DNA from: Lama glama
Taxonomy: Eukaryota
Reading direction: 5' to 3'
Length of the DNA: 64,000 nucleotides
NCBI GenBank assembly: GCA_028534125.1
Contig: CM052816.1
Span: 33,668,001 to 33,732,000 of the forward strand
The translations under genes were made by a program, and so were the position numbers. Shown piece after piece: positions 1 through 11,274 of the stretch. The notes below the pieces were generated by a model. It saw nothing but the letters and a program-made list of their open reading frames with translations, ran no database searches and was not told where the DNA came from. The first letter of the stretch is position 1; each line of letters opens with the position of its first letter.

Positions 1-29
1 GTCATTATGCAAAAGAATCACTGAGGACC

Positions 30-150
30 TACAACCCAGTATTCAGATTCAGAAGGAAAGTGGTAGACTACAGATAATCTGCATTTAACAAGCTTCTCAG
101 GTGATTCTGACACTGGTAGTCTGCAAGCCACTTTGAAACCTCTTGACCAC
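30..150. mobile_element. MER5-like hAT-Charlie DNA transposon fragment
   Basis: 'atctgcatttaacaagcttctcaggtgattctga...ccactttgaaac' resembles the MER5A/B core. Confidence 0.55.
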
Positions 151-741
151 TGAGGAAATGGCTGGTGAGAAAACAGTGATGTTGTTGGATACTGGAAATA
201 AGATCATGGAATGTGTCCTTCCAGTACTTCTTATCACGGCTTCAAACTCTGGCACCAGTTGAGAAAGGGCTCCACTAAAATTACATGGTTTTGCATGATG
301 GAAAATTGCAGTCACATATGGTCCTCAAATTCATTACATTCACCCTGAAGTCTTCAGGCAAGTTCCAGGAAAAGAATAACTGAATCTCATTTAAGAATTA
401 TTTGCAGCTCTTTAGGAATAATGAGGCTGTTAATTCTACTCTTCTGGAGACTAGGGTTTACTTTCCTAGAGAAATGAATCCTAAGTAATCCAGATTCGGA
501 CAGGAGGTACAGAAGGGTGTTGCAGCTGAGACTGGCAGATGAAATGAACATCACACATTGACCAGTGGATCTCCCAGTTCCTTCCACCCCATGCTCCTAG
601 AAAGCCAACCTTCAGGCCTGTGTATTACCTCCACATAGAAGATTGCAGGAAAATGCAGGAAAACTGAACAGTACCTATAGTTCCTGCCGTTTGGTGATCT
701 CATGCTGAAAATCTCGTGCCTGTCACCTAAATGACCAACAT

Positions 742-1070
742 TTCATTCAGGAAGTATTTATTCAACATTTAATGAATCACAGACACTTCTAGATGCTTCT
801 AATATCATTATAATCAAAACAGACATATGACTTGTTTCAGCCATACACATAGTCAAAACAGACATACAAAACTTTGCCCTCATGGAATTTGTTTTCTATC
901 AAAGAGAGACAGACAATAATAAAGAAGTAAACAATAACTTTAAAGGATGTTGATAGGTGTTCTGTGGGGGGAGGAGAGGCATAGAGAGGGATGGATAGTG
1001 TCAGAGTTACAATTTTAAATAGTGTTTGCCCAGTAAATTCTCACTGAGAAGGTGATATTTGAGCAACATA
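742..1070 (-). mobile_element. L2 LINE 3' fragment
   Basis: 'ttcattcagg..tatttattcaacattt...tgccctcatggaattt...gagagacagacaataa...gaaggtgatatttgagc' is the reverse complement of the L2 3' end. Confidence 0.65.
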
Positions 1071-1464
1071 TTGGGATCACAAAATATGTTTTTTTGTATC
1101 CTACACACATTATATTGGAATGTATTATACTGGAAGTCAAATCTTCTGCCATCTAAGCTCTAACCAGATTGTCCTGTCCTCAATTGCTGTGTCCTTCAGT
1201 GGTTGTTCCCTGCCCTCTTCCCTCTTGTCTCAATCTCAGGATGAGGAAGGCAAAAGTGGCTGGCGTGGCCTGTGCCCATGACCATCAGGGCAGACCCTAG
1301 CTTTCCCCAAAGCTTCTGGAACCCTTATTTTTGCCCTGGAGGTTGAGTTGCACCCTTCCTTCCTCTTCACCACAAAAAGAGAAAGAAAAAAAAGGAAAAA
1401 AGAAAGGTTTTTGGAAAAAGGGTTTGTCCTGATTTCCTACAGGGCAAAGGAAACTGCCAGTTCA

Positions 1465-1565
1465 GCTGTATTATGAACTTCTTTGGGTAGAGGTGTGTCT
1501 TACTTATTTTTGTATCCCCAATACTTGGCTGAAGGCTTGGCACACAGTAGGTGCTCTGTAAATTC
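1465..1565 (+). mobile_element. L2 3'-end fragment
   Basis: 'tgtcttacttatttttgtatcccca...ttggcacacagtaggtgctc'. Confidence 0.6.
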
Positions 1566-2158
1566 TAACTTGATACATAATGTGAGCTTCCTCTTAGCTG
1601 AGGGAAAGTAAATGGATTTAGGAATTTGGAACTTTCCCTCCTCTATCATTACTCAGCACCAGCCCTCAGGGCAGTGGTCAGGAGAAAGTTTCCACTCAGA
1701 AAAAAATGAATGTATTCCCATTTGCTCTGTAGCCTGGGCTGTATGGCTATGGTGGCCCCTCCCACTGGTGCTCAGAGCATTCTGAGTGGAGGGGGAGTGA
1801 CAGGGTGACTGTAGCTCTAACTTGTAGCAGGTATTCAGGAATAGGAGAATGGACTTGACATCACTTGTTTACCTTTTGCCTCCATTGTCTCTTCCAGGTG
1901 TGAGAAGTGAAAGAAGGAAGGACTAGAGACATAATTTAAGAAAATGATGATGCAAAAGGATGATGATCCTGAAGACACCTATCCCCAAGTATTCTCTCTA
2001 CAGGCAGGGCCAACAGGCACAGTGCAGGAGGAGAGTGGTCAGTGGCTCCAAGGATGAGGGGAGGGAAAGAGCTGAAGAAAAGAGATGTCCCTCAGAAAAA
2101 GTATGTGAAACTAACCACATGAAAAAGAGCATTCATAAGAAATGAGTTTGAGAATTAT

Positions 2159-2164
2159 TTTATT
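2159..2164 (-). terminator. Polyadenylation signal AATAAA (second copy at 2235-2240)
   Basis: tttatt on the + strand. Downstream on the minus strand 'ctca|tttcttatgaatgctctttttcatgtggttagtt' is U/GU-rich. Confidence 0.5.
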
Positions 2165-2256
2165 AAGAAAAATATAGTGTCAATAACAAAGCAGTATGTA
2201 AATTTTAAAAACTGCTTACAAAATAAATAAAAAATTTATTCCATAAAATTAAAAAA

Positions 2257-2257
<1 letters not shown>

Positions 2258-2296
<39 letters not shown>
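2258..2296. repeat. (TA)n microsatellite, ~19 units
   Basis: Perfect TA run seen directly. Confidence 0.97.
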
Positions 2297-2299
<3 letters not shown>

Positions 2300-3104
2300 A
2301 GTTCTAATAAAGCTACTTCTTCAGGATCTGCTTGCATACACCACGCTTAAATGTTAGATAATTTTAAAAGTTTGACTTAGCATACTTTCACAATATTTTG
2401 CTTGGAAATTCTTTCAAATTGCTTTATTAGATGTATAACGTTTTGTTCACCCCTTTTGCTTTAACTTTCTTCTTTTTTAAGTTTTTTGTATGAAAACACA
2501 TGGAGTGTCAGTACACATGGAAGAAGTGTCTGCCTTTTAAACACAGGTTTACATGTTATCGAGTTCAACTTTTTTCCTTTTTCTACTACACTTTTAGATT
2601 CTTTCCTAGAGTAAGGCTTAGGCAGTTCCAGCTGAGAATTACTGCCACAAATCAGTGGCCTAGGCATAAATGCTACAGAAGTCTCCCCAGACATTTGAGG
2701 AACAGTACTTCCCCCACATTATAAGCCTACCTTAAACAATAAAAGCTTACAAAAATAAGCTAAGAAACCCTTCTGTAATTTAAAAAAAAAAAAACTATTG
2801 GTGGTCTTTTAAATGTCACAGTTATAGTTAACTTTCCACCTGTCTAATAAAGATGGTTTACTCTGTTGCTGTGAAATGGGATTTTAATGAAGTTTTACTT
2901 TGTTTAATGCGACAGAAACGGCGCCACAATTCTATCAACTTTGAGACTTGTTCCAGGCATTTATTTGTTTTGACTTCTCTTTCCCTTCTTGTCTTCATTG
3001 CTTGGGTAATACTTATCTGTGGAATAGAAGAGGCAATAGGCAAAATTAATTGTCACTATCTTCGAGTGGCTGGTTATTTTGTCTTCTTTATGTAGATCTA
3101 TGTG

Positions 3105-3400
3105 TGTCCCCCAAGACATCTCCACACTGTTCCTGAGTGCTTTCTCCAGAGGAATGCCCTCCTATCTCTCCACTCATATACTTCAAGGCCAAGCACTGAC
3201 TCCTTCCCAAGACCTTTGCTAATTGCTCGGACATTTCTTTAGGAAATTCACTTAGTGCTCCAGAGTTTTTTTTCACTTAACTTGCCTCTAACTTACATAC
3301 TGTTTTTATTATTACATCACAGATATTCCCCATTGCACTAAGCACAATGCCTTACATAGGAAACACTGTATATTTCTTAAATGATTAAATAGATGAATAA
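3105..3400 (+). mobile_element. L2 fragment
   Basis: Degenerate L2 3' region ending 'gcacaatgccttacatagg...aaatgattaaatagatgaata'. Confidence 0.5.
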
Positions 3401-4186
3401 GTTGATGATCTCATTATCTCCCTGACAAGATCATAAGTTCCTTAATTACAGGAGTTATCTTATGATTCTTTATAGATATAATTCAGTAAACCTATTATTT
3501 GGACCCAAAGTGCTCCCACCTTCTAACCCTCTCAACTTCCTAGATGTGCCACAAACATCTGAAGGCTTATTCTGAAGAGAAGTTTAAATATTAATTTAAA
3601 AGACTGCAATAATCTTCTGATGTATTCCTCCACCTGAATTACTCTTCAGTAGTGACTGACTGGGCCTCCTAGACACACAGTATTCAGATCAATAAAGTTC
3701 AGCAGGTTACTAAGCAAAAGGCTTATAATTTACAATCTGCTAAATTACAATTAAATATTATTGGTCCTAGCCTCTCCTTTTGGGCTTCAGAGGGGGCTGA
3801 AATAAATCACGTCAGACTCTTCCTTTTTCACGTGTTGTCCAGAACTTGATCTAGTCTGTCCCCTATGCTCTTCTGATATGGATGAACTTCACTGTGGCCA
3901 TCTGTAAATTTGCCAGAGTCTCCTTGATAGGCGTCATAGAGCCAAATAGGTTTGTCACATGGCTGCCTGTTATTTAGTATCCAACTCAAGCTCAACTCAG
4001 AACCCTATGGCTTCAATATTTCATCTCTAAAAATTGACAGCCTTGGCCACCAGACACTCTAGTGTGCAGACCGATAAAGTCCACCAGTTAACAGGCAGCA
4101 AGTGTACATATCTGCGCTGTCTCTTTTTGTCTTTTTAAAATTTGTCATCAGGAGGATAAATCCCTGCTTTACTTGCCAGCTGAAGG

Positions 4187-4385
4187 AAATATTTATTGAG
4201 AACTTGTTACATACCAGGTACTGTTCCAAATGCTTTTACATCTATCAACTCATATAATCCTCATAAACACCCTTTATGGGACTTGCGAATATGATCCTTA
4301 CTTTGCAGATGAAACTAAGTACACAGAGGCTAAGTAACTTTCACAGAAGTTAGTTAGGATTCAAACAGGCAAGGCTGTACCTATA
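4187..4385 (-). mobile_element. MIR SINE
   Basis: 'atttattgagaac...ccaggtactgttc...tcctcataaac...tttgcagatgaaact..gaggctaagtaact...ggattcaaac' is the reverse complement of MIR. Confidence 0.8.
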
Positions 4386-4899
4386 CTTCCCGCCCCTAGA
4401 TCTGCTCTACCGTTTCCATACTTAAGTTACACATTCATTCAAATACATGTAACTGCGGATGCAAAAGATCCATTATGTAGTGACAGCAATAGCACCCATA
4501 CAAGCAATTAAACCAACATGGGGTAGAGATTTAATGTATAATTTAATATTTAAAGAAAGAAATATACAATTATTAAATAATAAGTCCGAGCAATACTGCT
4601 CACACCTTGGAATGGATAAAAACCTCTTAAGGAGCCCATACAGAGGGACCTGTGATTTTGAAGATCTAGGCTGGGTTCCTGGGACTTGGCTTTTGGACAA
4701 TCACCCTCACGCTCTAGCAGCCAGGACACTCTGATGTACAAATTTTACTGCCCATAATGTGAAACAGTGGCCTAAGGTTTAGAACACAATTCTGCCAAAA
4801 AGAATCAGAATCCTATAAACAAGTAGGTTTGAATCCAAATGTCAACGCTGGACTAACCGACAGTCTACAGCTTTTACCCGCTCACCTGCACTTCGAAAG

Positions 4900-5720
4900 A
4901 CAGAACCTGAATAAAAATCACAACTTCCGCACGGAAGCCCCGCTTGAATTCAAGGTTAGCTCGGAGTTATTAAAACGCGAGCTTCGCCTGCATCCGCTTA
5001 CCTCAATTCCGGGGTAGCCCGCGCAGTGGAGAGCGAATGTAGCATTAGTTTGTTCGGCGAAGATTTCGCTGGCGAGTGACGTGCAGCCATGGTTGCGTTC
5101 GAAGGTAAAGCGCTCGATTTTAGTGAGGCAATCCGGCTGCTCACAAGCGGCAAAACGTACGAGAAAAGACGAAAACGCCGGGGGGGGGGGTAGATCAAGG
5201 AGAAAAAAAAAAAAGAGCTGATAAGACGTGAGTGAAAGGGGCAACGGGGGCGGTGGGGGATGAGCGGGTGTCACAATAAAGGCGATTCGAGTAGAAGGAA
5301 AGAGGTATCGGGTGAGCAGAGGGCAAAGAGCCCGAGGAAGGCGAAGGGAGCAGAGGTGCTGTGAGACTGGCAGAGGGCGATTAAGGAGGAAACACTCGCG
5401 CCCCGCTCGCCCCGCCCACGGCTCGAGGCCCGAGGGGCGGGGCCGAGCGCGGAGGCTCGCACCCCGGGAGGGGTGCCCCTGACGTTGTCCCCTGGTCCCA
5501 CTACAGGATTTGCCTTTCCTCTTGATGGGGTCGGGGGAGGAGCCTCTCCCGGAATCCCGCTCGGATTCTAGAGACTTCCTCACCCTAAACTGGAACAGAA
5601 GTCCCAAACTGGGCACCAGCGCAGAGTTTTCCGGCAGCCCGGTCGTCCCTACGGGGTCGGCGTCGCCTGGGAACCCAGCCGCCTGGAGTTACACACACCA
5701 GGATACCCCCTCCGTGGAAT
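4900..5720. promoter_or_regulatory. CpG island 1, probable bidirectional TATA-less promoter
   Basis: High CpG density. Inverted ETS/GABP pair CTTCCG-ca-CGGAAG at 4924-4937, CRE half-sites TGACGT at 5077 and 5480, GC boxes at 5401-5443 and G-runs. Splice donors point away on both strands (minus 5002|5001, plus 5227|5228). Confidence 0.85.
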
Positions 5721-6215
5721 GCCTTGCATCTCTCTGGAGAAAGACAGCAGCATTAACCACTTACTTACCCCGTCTTCACAGTAGACGAAACGGTTGAACC
5801 GGATACTTTTCGTCTGGAAGAAAAGAGAAATAGCATGAGATAAAAAGGGTAAAGACTAAAATTCATAGGAGAAATCATCGTCCCCCTCCTTCCCACTCCT
5901 TGCTCCCAGGTTTTAAAGATGCTCTGAAAGCAGTTTCCATTTAGGCACTTGTTTCCTATACATCTGTTCCTGTCATTGACGACGTAGTGAAACATTTAAT
6001 CTTCAGATAGCGCCTACTAGTGCTTGAAACTAAATAAATATAAATGAATATAAAATGATCCTGTGCTAGAGGGAGAGCTGCCCTCCCCACCAAAGTGGAC
6101 ACACTGTACACAGGGCACACATGTGGCAATACCATTTTTCCAATGCTCACATCTGCTCTGTAGCCATTCATTCATTTCACACATGATTGCTTTATTCAGA
6201 AATTAGAATAATCAG
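5000..6215 (+). ncRNA. Putative plus-strand spliced transcript: exon ending 5227 (alternative 5104) and exon 5910-6215; 5' end approximate
   Basis: Donors GAC|GTGAGT (5227) and AAG|GTAAAG (5104). Acceptor 'ccccctccttcccactccttgctcccag|G' (5910). Consensus donor CAG|GTAAGT (6215). No convincing CDS. Confidence 0.35.
5002..5200 (-). ncRNA. Putative first exon of the minus-strand transcript (5' end approximate)
   Basis: Strong donor GAG|GTAAGC at 5002/5001 inside the CpG island. Contains a strong-Kozak ATG (aaccATGG) at 5090. Confidence 0.5.
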
Positions 6216-7789
6216 GTAAGTGGTTACTACTGTATATTTAAAAATCTGAAGTTCACCTTATCCCACACTGGCATCCTAATGCATCTAGCACACTAGGAAG
6301 ACCTGAAGTGCACTGTCCCCCGGCTATCCTCACTGGTTGGGACTTAGCTCACAAGAATTCCCTCTATTTCTCTTTCTCAAACCCTTAATCACTGCCTTTT
6401 TTTTTTATTGTACTGGAGGAGCAGGCTTCAGCAGAGGATAGACAGCCTTGAAGGATATCATGTGTTACCCATCAGTATTTGCTCCTCATCAGCATCTGCA
6501 CATTTAATTGGTGTGTCAATTTCTAGGTAGTCACTTTAGAAGCCAAAATATTTCAGTATCATTTGTAAATTTTTTGGCAAAATGCTGGGCCATGATTATT
6601 TTACAAATTATTTTTCTTTCATTTAAAGTTGAATTTTAGTGTATATGCTTAATCTTACAATGAAAACACATTTTAAAAAATATTTCTTCACTTACCCCCT
6701 TTATATATTCTTTCAGGACTTCATAAATGACGTTCTGATAAGTCTCTTTAATCTTCTCAAAGTCACAGTCAGTAAAATTGTAGGTTAGAGCGAGCCCTAC
6801 CAGTTGCAAGATGAAGATCTTCCTGAAAAAAACTGAACAAATAATAAGGTATCAGGCAATGTACTTGGAAACCCAATCCCACCCAAGATTCACACTAAAC
6901 TCCTCCACCATTAATTGCTTCTAGGTCTGCAGGGCCTGCCTTAGGAATAGGTGCCCAGGCACCACTCTTTGCCTCTCATTCCCAGTGCACACGAAACCCA
7001 TGTTTACCCATGCTGTTGCCTTAAGTTGGAGTCTCCCTAGTGCTCCAGAGCTTTCTGGCTCCATATATATAACACCTAAACGCCTACGGGCTCTTTTCTC
7101 CTAGGCCAATGATTTTCCTTGATGTCATTCTTTTCCTTTATAGAACTCTGAATTGATGACATAGAAGAAAAATAGGACTAGCCAAATCTATGGAATTTTA
7201 ACATTAGTAAAATCATCAGGAATTTCCCTCACCTGCCTCCTTTTGCTTTGCCCTAACCTTGATATGTGCCTGAATGTCTTTAAGAGATACCCACATCTTT
7301 TTTCCACAGGGCTATTTCCATGACCAAACCCCCTTTCTTGGCAAAAACAACCAAAACAGCAGCCACTCTAAAAACTAAGTACCACTGCTCCTACATGCTG
7401 TAAACTCTGACCATTTCTTTTGGCCACTTTCAACTAGTGCTTTTCCTCCTTTGTGGCTACTGAGAAAACTCATGTGCTTACTTAATGGGATACTTTGGAG
7501 GGTGAGTGCAGCCTCAAGCTTCGACTGCGCTTCATTAAGTATGCAATAGTGCGTGACCAGAACCTTAGAGGGTAGGGACTATAAGAAACTGAAATGAACG
7601 GGAAAAGATCTGATAGGCCTCGCCCTCAAAAACTTAACTTTTCGAAGCACCCTTATCAACTTCGTGAAAAAAGTGCTTACTCTTGGGTAACCGGGTACGT
7701 GGTCTCCTCTAACAAGTTCTATAGGTGTCAGGAACTTTTAGAATCTCAAAGTCCACAGCCCAACAACCTTCACAGCCCTATTTTTCAGG

Positions 7790-8450
7790 CCTGCGTTTAG
7801 GAGACGGAACGCCAGACTCCGGGAGCGGGGCGGAACGCGAGCGCAGCGGAAGGCGCCGGGCAAGGTGCTGTCCAGCGCGCGGCTCGCCCGGCGGCGCGCA
7901 CGATTCGTGCGCCCTGCGTGCCGGCGCTTCGCTTTAGCCCCACGCCGCGTAGCTTCGACAGCTTCCCTCACCTGAGGCCCGAGCACTGACACCCGTCTGA
8001 GAGACAGGAGAAGCGACGAGTTGCTGAGCTCGGATTTGTACTCGCAAACTCTTGTTATTTCAGAAAAAGGAGTTTAAACGCGGCGAAGTGAGTCAGGGAG
8101 AGCGTCCGAAAGGATGCCTAGCCACTTTCTGGGCTCTGGTAGCGTCAATAGAGAGTTGAACAGAAGACCCAAACCCACCCGGCTGCAGGGGGTGAACCCC
8201 GCTCCGGCAGAGCGTGGCCCGCGCCGCCCGGGCTCTCCTGACACCCTGCTCTCCTCTTTCTCTCCCCTCTCGCGTGTCAGAGCCTGGTCCTTGGGAAGTT
8301 CCTAGGAGTCATCGCTGGAGCCGCCGAAGCAGGGCGCCCCACGTGAGTCCTAGCAAATGTCACAGGCCACGCGGCGCCTGGGAACAGCAGTAGGGAGTGG
8401 CGAGGGAAGCGGGAAAAGTACGGACTCGGGGTGGGGGTGGGGTGGACACT
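7790..8450. promoter_or_regulatory. CpG island 2, probable second promoter
   Basis: CpG-dense. GC box and CGGAA motifs at 7805-7851, near-perfect palindrome GCGCACGA-T-TCGTGCGC at 7896-7912, AP-1 TGAGTCA at 8089-8095, E-box CACGTG at 8340-8345, G-runs at 8427-8445. Confidence 0.8.
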
Positions 8451-9129
8451 CAAGCCAGAAGTGAACTTTTTTTTTTTTTTAATAAAAGGCGCTCCACAGC
8501 CGTACCAGTACAGCTGGACCCAATTCGCTGGTTAAGGCCTGGGAATAAAGGTTGTGATGTTAACAGGAGTGTCAGAAAGCCGCTGGTTCACCGCCGACTT
8601 AAAAGATGGGCTTTTCTGGAACCCTTCAAGTCTAGGATTTAATGTCGTGGCAGCATCCTTTAGAAGAGAAATCCTCCTTCCCTCTCCCCGCATCACCAGC
8701 TTTCCAGGGTCTTGTGGGATGATGTCAAAGCCTGATTTATTTGCTGTGACAAAAGAGGTGTTTCTGGCCGGCAACTGGAGATTGGGTACGCAGACAGGAG
8801 CTAGAGACACAGATTTCTTCACTGGGGTGGGATATACTGATGGGAGCAGGAATGGAAGAAAGCAGCCTTCACCTAGGTTCGACTTCGATTCTTTTAGGGT
8901 ATAACCTAGATGCCCACCTTCCTTTGTTTCTTCCTTTGAAACTGCGCCTCTGTCGGGTTTTGTAGGGATAAGGCAGACAGGGCGCCTCCTCAATAGGTAT
9001 CCTGAAAGATGTCTCTGCCTGTTAAACGCTTTGCTAAACACTTGTGCTTGGGGCCCCCAATTTCCTTATCGATAGTTATGTGACCTTCAGTCATATCACT
9101 TTTCTGTTCAGGAACACTTGGTAGACTCC

Positions 9130-9510
9130 AGCTGCCTTGACATTCACAATCATCCTGCCCCGCTTGGCTCCAAGCTGTCTCTCCAGCCTTATCTCCTTCA
9201 TTCTCCTAGGCGTCTGCCAAAGATTAGCTGAAGTTAATATGCTCTAAAGGTGTCCTGAGCTTTCTTCTTCCCAGCCTTGCATCCTCAGGTGTTGGCATTC
9301 TCCTGTCATTCAATGCTCATTTCACTGTATATCTCCTCCAAAAGTGATCTCTTACCTGAATGTGACGTCACTTTCCTTTAAGCCATATTTATTTTGGGCT
9401 TCCCTCTTATGGCTTCCATTCATTATGTAATATTTCAGTAATATTTTTCAGTCATGTCTTTATTAGACTGTGAGTTCTTTAGAAACAGAAAATGTTTTAT
9501 AATAATTGGT
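9130..9510 (+). mobile_element. L2 fragment
   Basis: Degenerate L2 3' region ending 'ttagactgtgagttctttagaaacagaaaatgtttt'. Confidence 0.5.
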
Positions 9511-10684
9511 TTGCTTCATATCAATTTCTTTTTTCCTAAAAACATTTGAAGTGACTTGCTATAATTGTGTTGGTACTAGAAGGTAAAAAACAGTGAAGAT
9601 AAGGCAAAAGAAAGATATCAAGGAATAAAGAGGGTGAGGATCAGGCACAGGGAAGGCCACAGATTATTAAGGACTGAAGAATTAAGACAAATTCAAAAGT
9701 GAGTTCTGATCTTCCAAACAACCATTGCAAAGGAGAGAATATGATGGACTTCGGGCTTAGCCTCATATACTACTTAATAGATATTCAAATCCTCAATATG
9801 TTGAAGTGTATTAACCTTCTTTTAGTATCATTGTCAGGAAGCAAATCATTTCCTGTTGAAAGAACCTCTCTGTAAATGCTGCTATACGCCTGGAATCCAA
9901 TTATTATGCCTTGCCTGGGGCAACCATTCAGGTGAGGGCATCTCTGAAAATTCCCATTGCACGAAGAGCTCCTTGTTTTTCTCTCTTTCCATTTGTTCAG
10001 AAGCTAAAGGTGTGAAGAGTATCTCATGTATAATTTGTGAAATCCTAGGTTAGGTCAAGGGTAGTCTTCCATGTGATAGGAAACAGAAGTGAGATCATTT
10101 GTAGCACTCTGAGATTACTCAGAGAGCTTAGCTAATACTCTCACCTACGAAATGGGCCAGAAAATGACCTCATAACACAGCTCTCTTTTCTCCTACCCTC
10201 ACTAGAAAGACCTCTTCTTCATTTATTTACCTAATATTTTAAATTCTTGTTTTAATAATAGTTCCCTTTCTTTTTCATTCCTTTATACTTTCTCTCCTTC
10301 CTTTTAAATTTACTTTTTCCTTTTCTTCTTTTAACTATTCAGACTATTTAAAGTAGCTAGCCCTCATAGGTAACTCCATTTGTGTTTGAAGAAGTAGATC
10401 CAAGTTGTCAGGAAAAAAGGATGCTTTTTTTTGTGTTAATAAGTCATAGTATCATTGGACTTTAAAAAATGGAAGGGGTATCAGATAGGTTATTGATGAA
10501 ATGGGAGAGATCTCCCTCTATAGAGTAAGAAAAGTAGATGACACCAAACTTAACTTGGAAATATTTTAGGAAGTGTAACTATAGACTTTCCCAGCAGATG
10601 GGTATTCTTTTGGGCCTGGAAGTAAATTGAATCACTCTAGATCCTCCAGGATGCTGGTTATGTAATTATTCCTTCTTTTGGTTT

Positions 10685-10950
10685 TCATATACTCATGCAG
10701 AAAGGAAGGGCCACACTTTGCAGAGGTAAACATTCTTTCTTTCTTGATATTATACCTTCATTGTTCATAGGTATAGTGTAGCATTTATGTAATATGAAAT
10801 AGTCATTGTATGGTTTGTGATGACTGCAGCACGTATCAATTTTGTTCATTAATTTTACATTATATAAGCAAGCTTGTTGATCTGAACCATTGATCGGTTT
10901 CACCGAGTTCCATACTTCCTCTAAGTATGTCCTTTGGAGACATTTGTAGA
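10685..10950 (-). pseudogene. Exon-like segment, candidate fossil coding exon
   Basis: Acceptor 'tcccctactccattttccag|TC TAC AAA' opens 87 stop-free codons (YKCLQRTYLEEVWNSVKP...FCMSI*) in AT-rich unique DNA. No homolog recognised. Confidence 0.3.
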
Positions 10951-11274
10951 CTGGAAAATGGAGTAGGGGAATTTCCTATGACAAATGCAAAAAACATCCC
11001 CTTTATCTTATTTTATTCCCAGGCTAGTAATACCTGCATAATCAGCCTATATCTGAAAAATGTTACCAGATATTTTTTTAGTTAGGGAGTGAAGAAGGCT
11101 AAATATGTGCATGAAAACCTAGTGCTCATTCCTCTGTAAAGAAACAGTCTTAACTCTCAGCCAATTGGAGGCAAAAGATCTTGCTTCCTTTACTGTTTTC
11201 TACAATCTAGTAGGAAATGAACAGGGAGAAGATTGTTCAAGAAGGTAGGAATTGAGCATTTCATAGAATATGCT

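Larger units (their letters stand above)
2143..3016 (-). ncRNA. Putative terminal exon of a minus-strand spliced transcript (lncRNA or micro-ORF gene)
   Basis: Minus strand has a branch-like TTAAT, a pyrimidine tract and acceptor 'ttgcctcttctattccacag|ATAAGT' (exon starts at 3016). The body is AU-rich and free of recognisable TEs. AATAAA occurs at 2240-2235 and 2164-2159, followed by a CA and a U/GU-rich tract. Confidence 0.55.

Noticed and set aside
813..865. Direct repeat tcaaaacagacata; similar small duplications at 29717-29745 and 60741-60782
   Set aside because: Ordinary short slippage duplications, mostly inside decayed TEs.
1943..1972. C/D-box snoRNA (ATGATGA...CTGA)
   Set aside because: The boxes are under 30 nt apart and there is no terminal stem.
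4940..5220. Structured RNA gene (RMRP/RPPH1/7SK/scaRNA-like) at CpG island 1
   Set aside because: No match to the sequences I recall, no Pol III promoter/terminator layout or C/D or H/ACA box arrangement. Splice donors suggest Pol II first exons instead.
4918..5616. 232-aa ORF as a standalone CDS
   Set aside because: Non-ATG start, low-complexity GC-island composition, runs through G and A homopolymers, and no recognisable family.
8532..9041. 169-aa minus ORF and overlapping 116-aa plus ORF
   Set aside because: Near-cognate starts, no recognisable domain, and no supporting splice structure.
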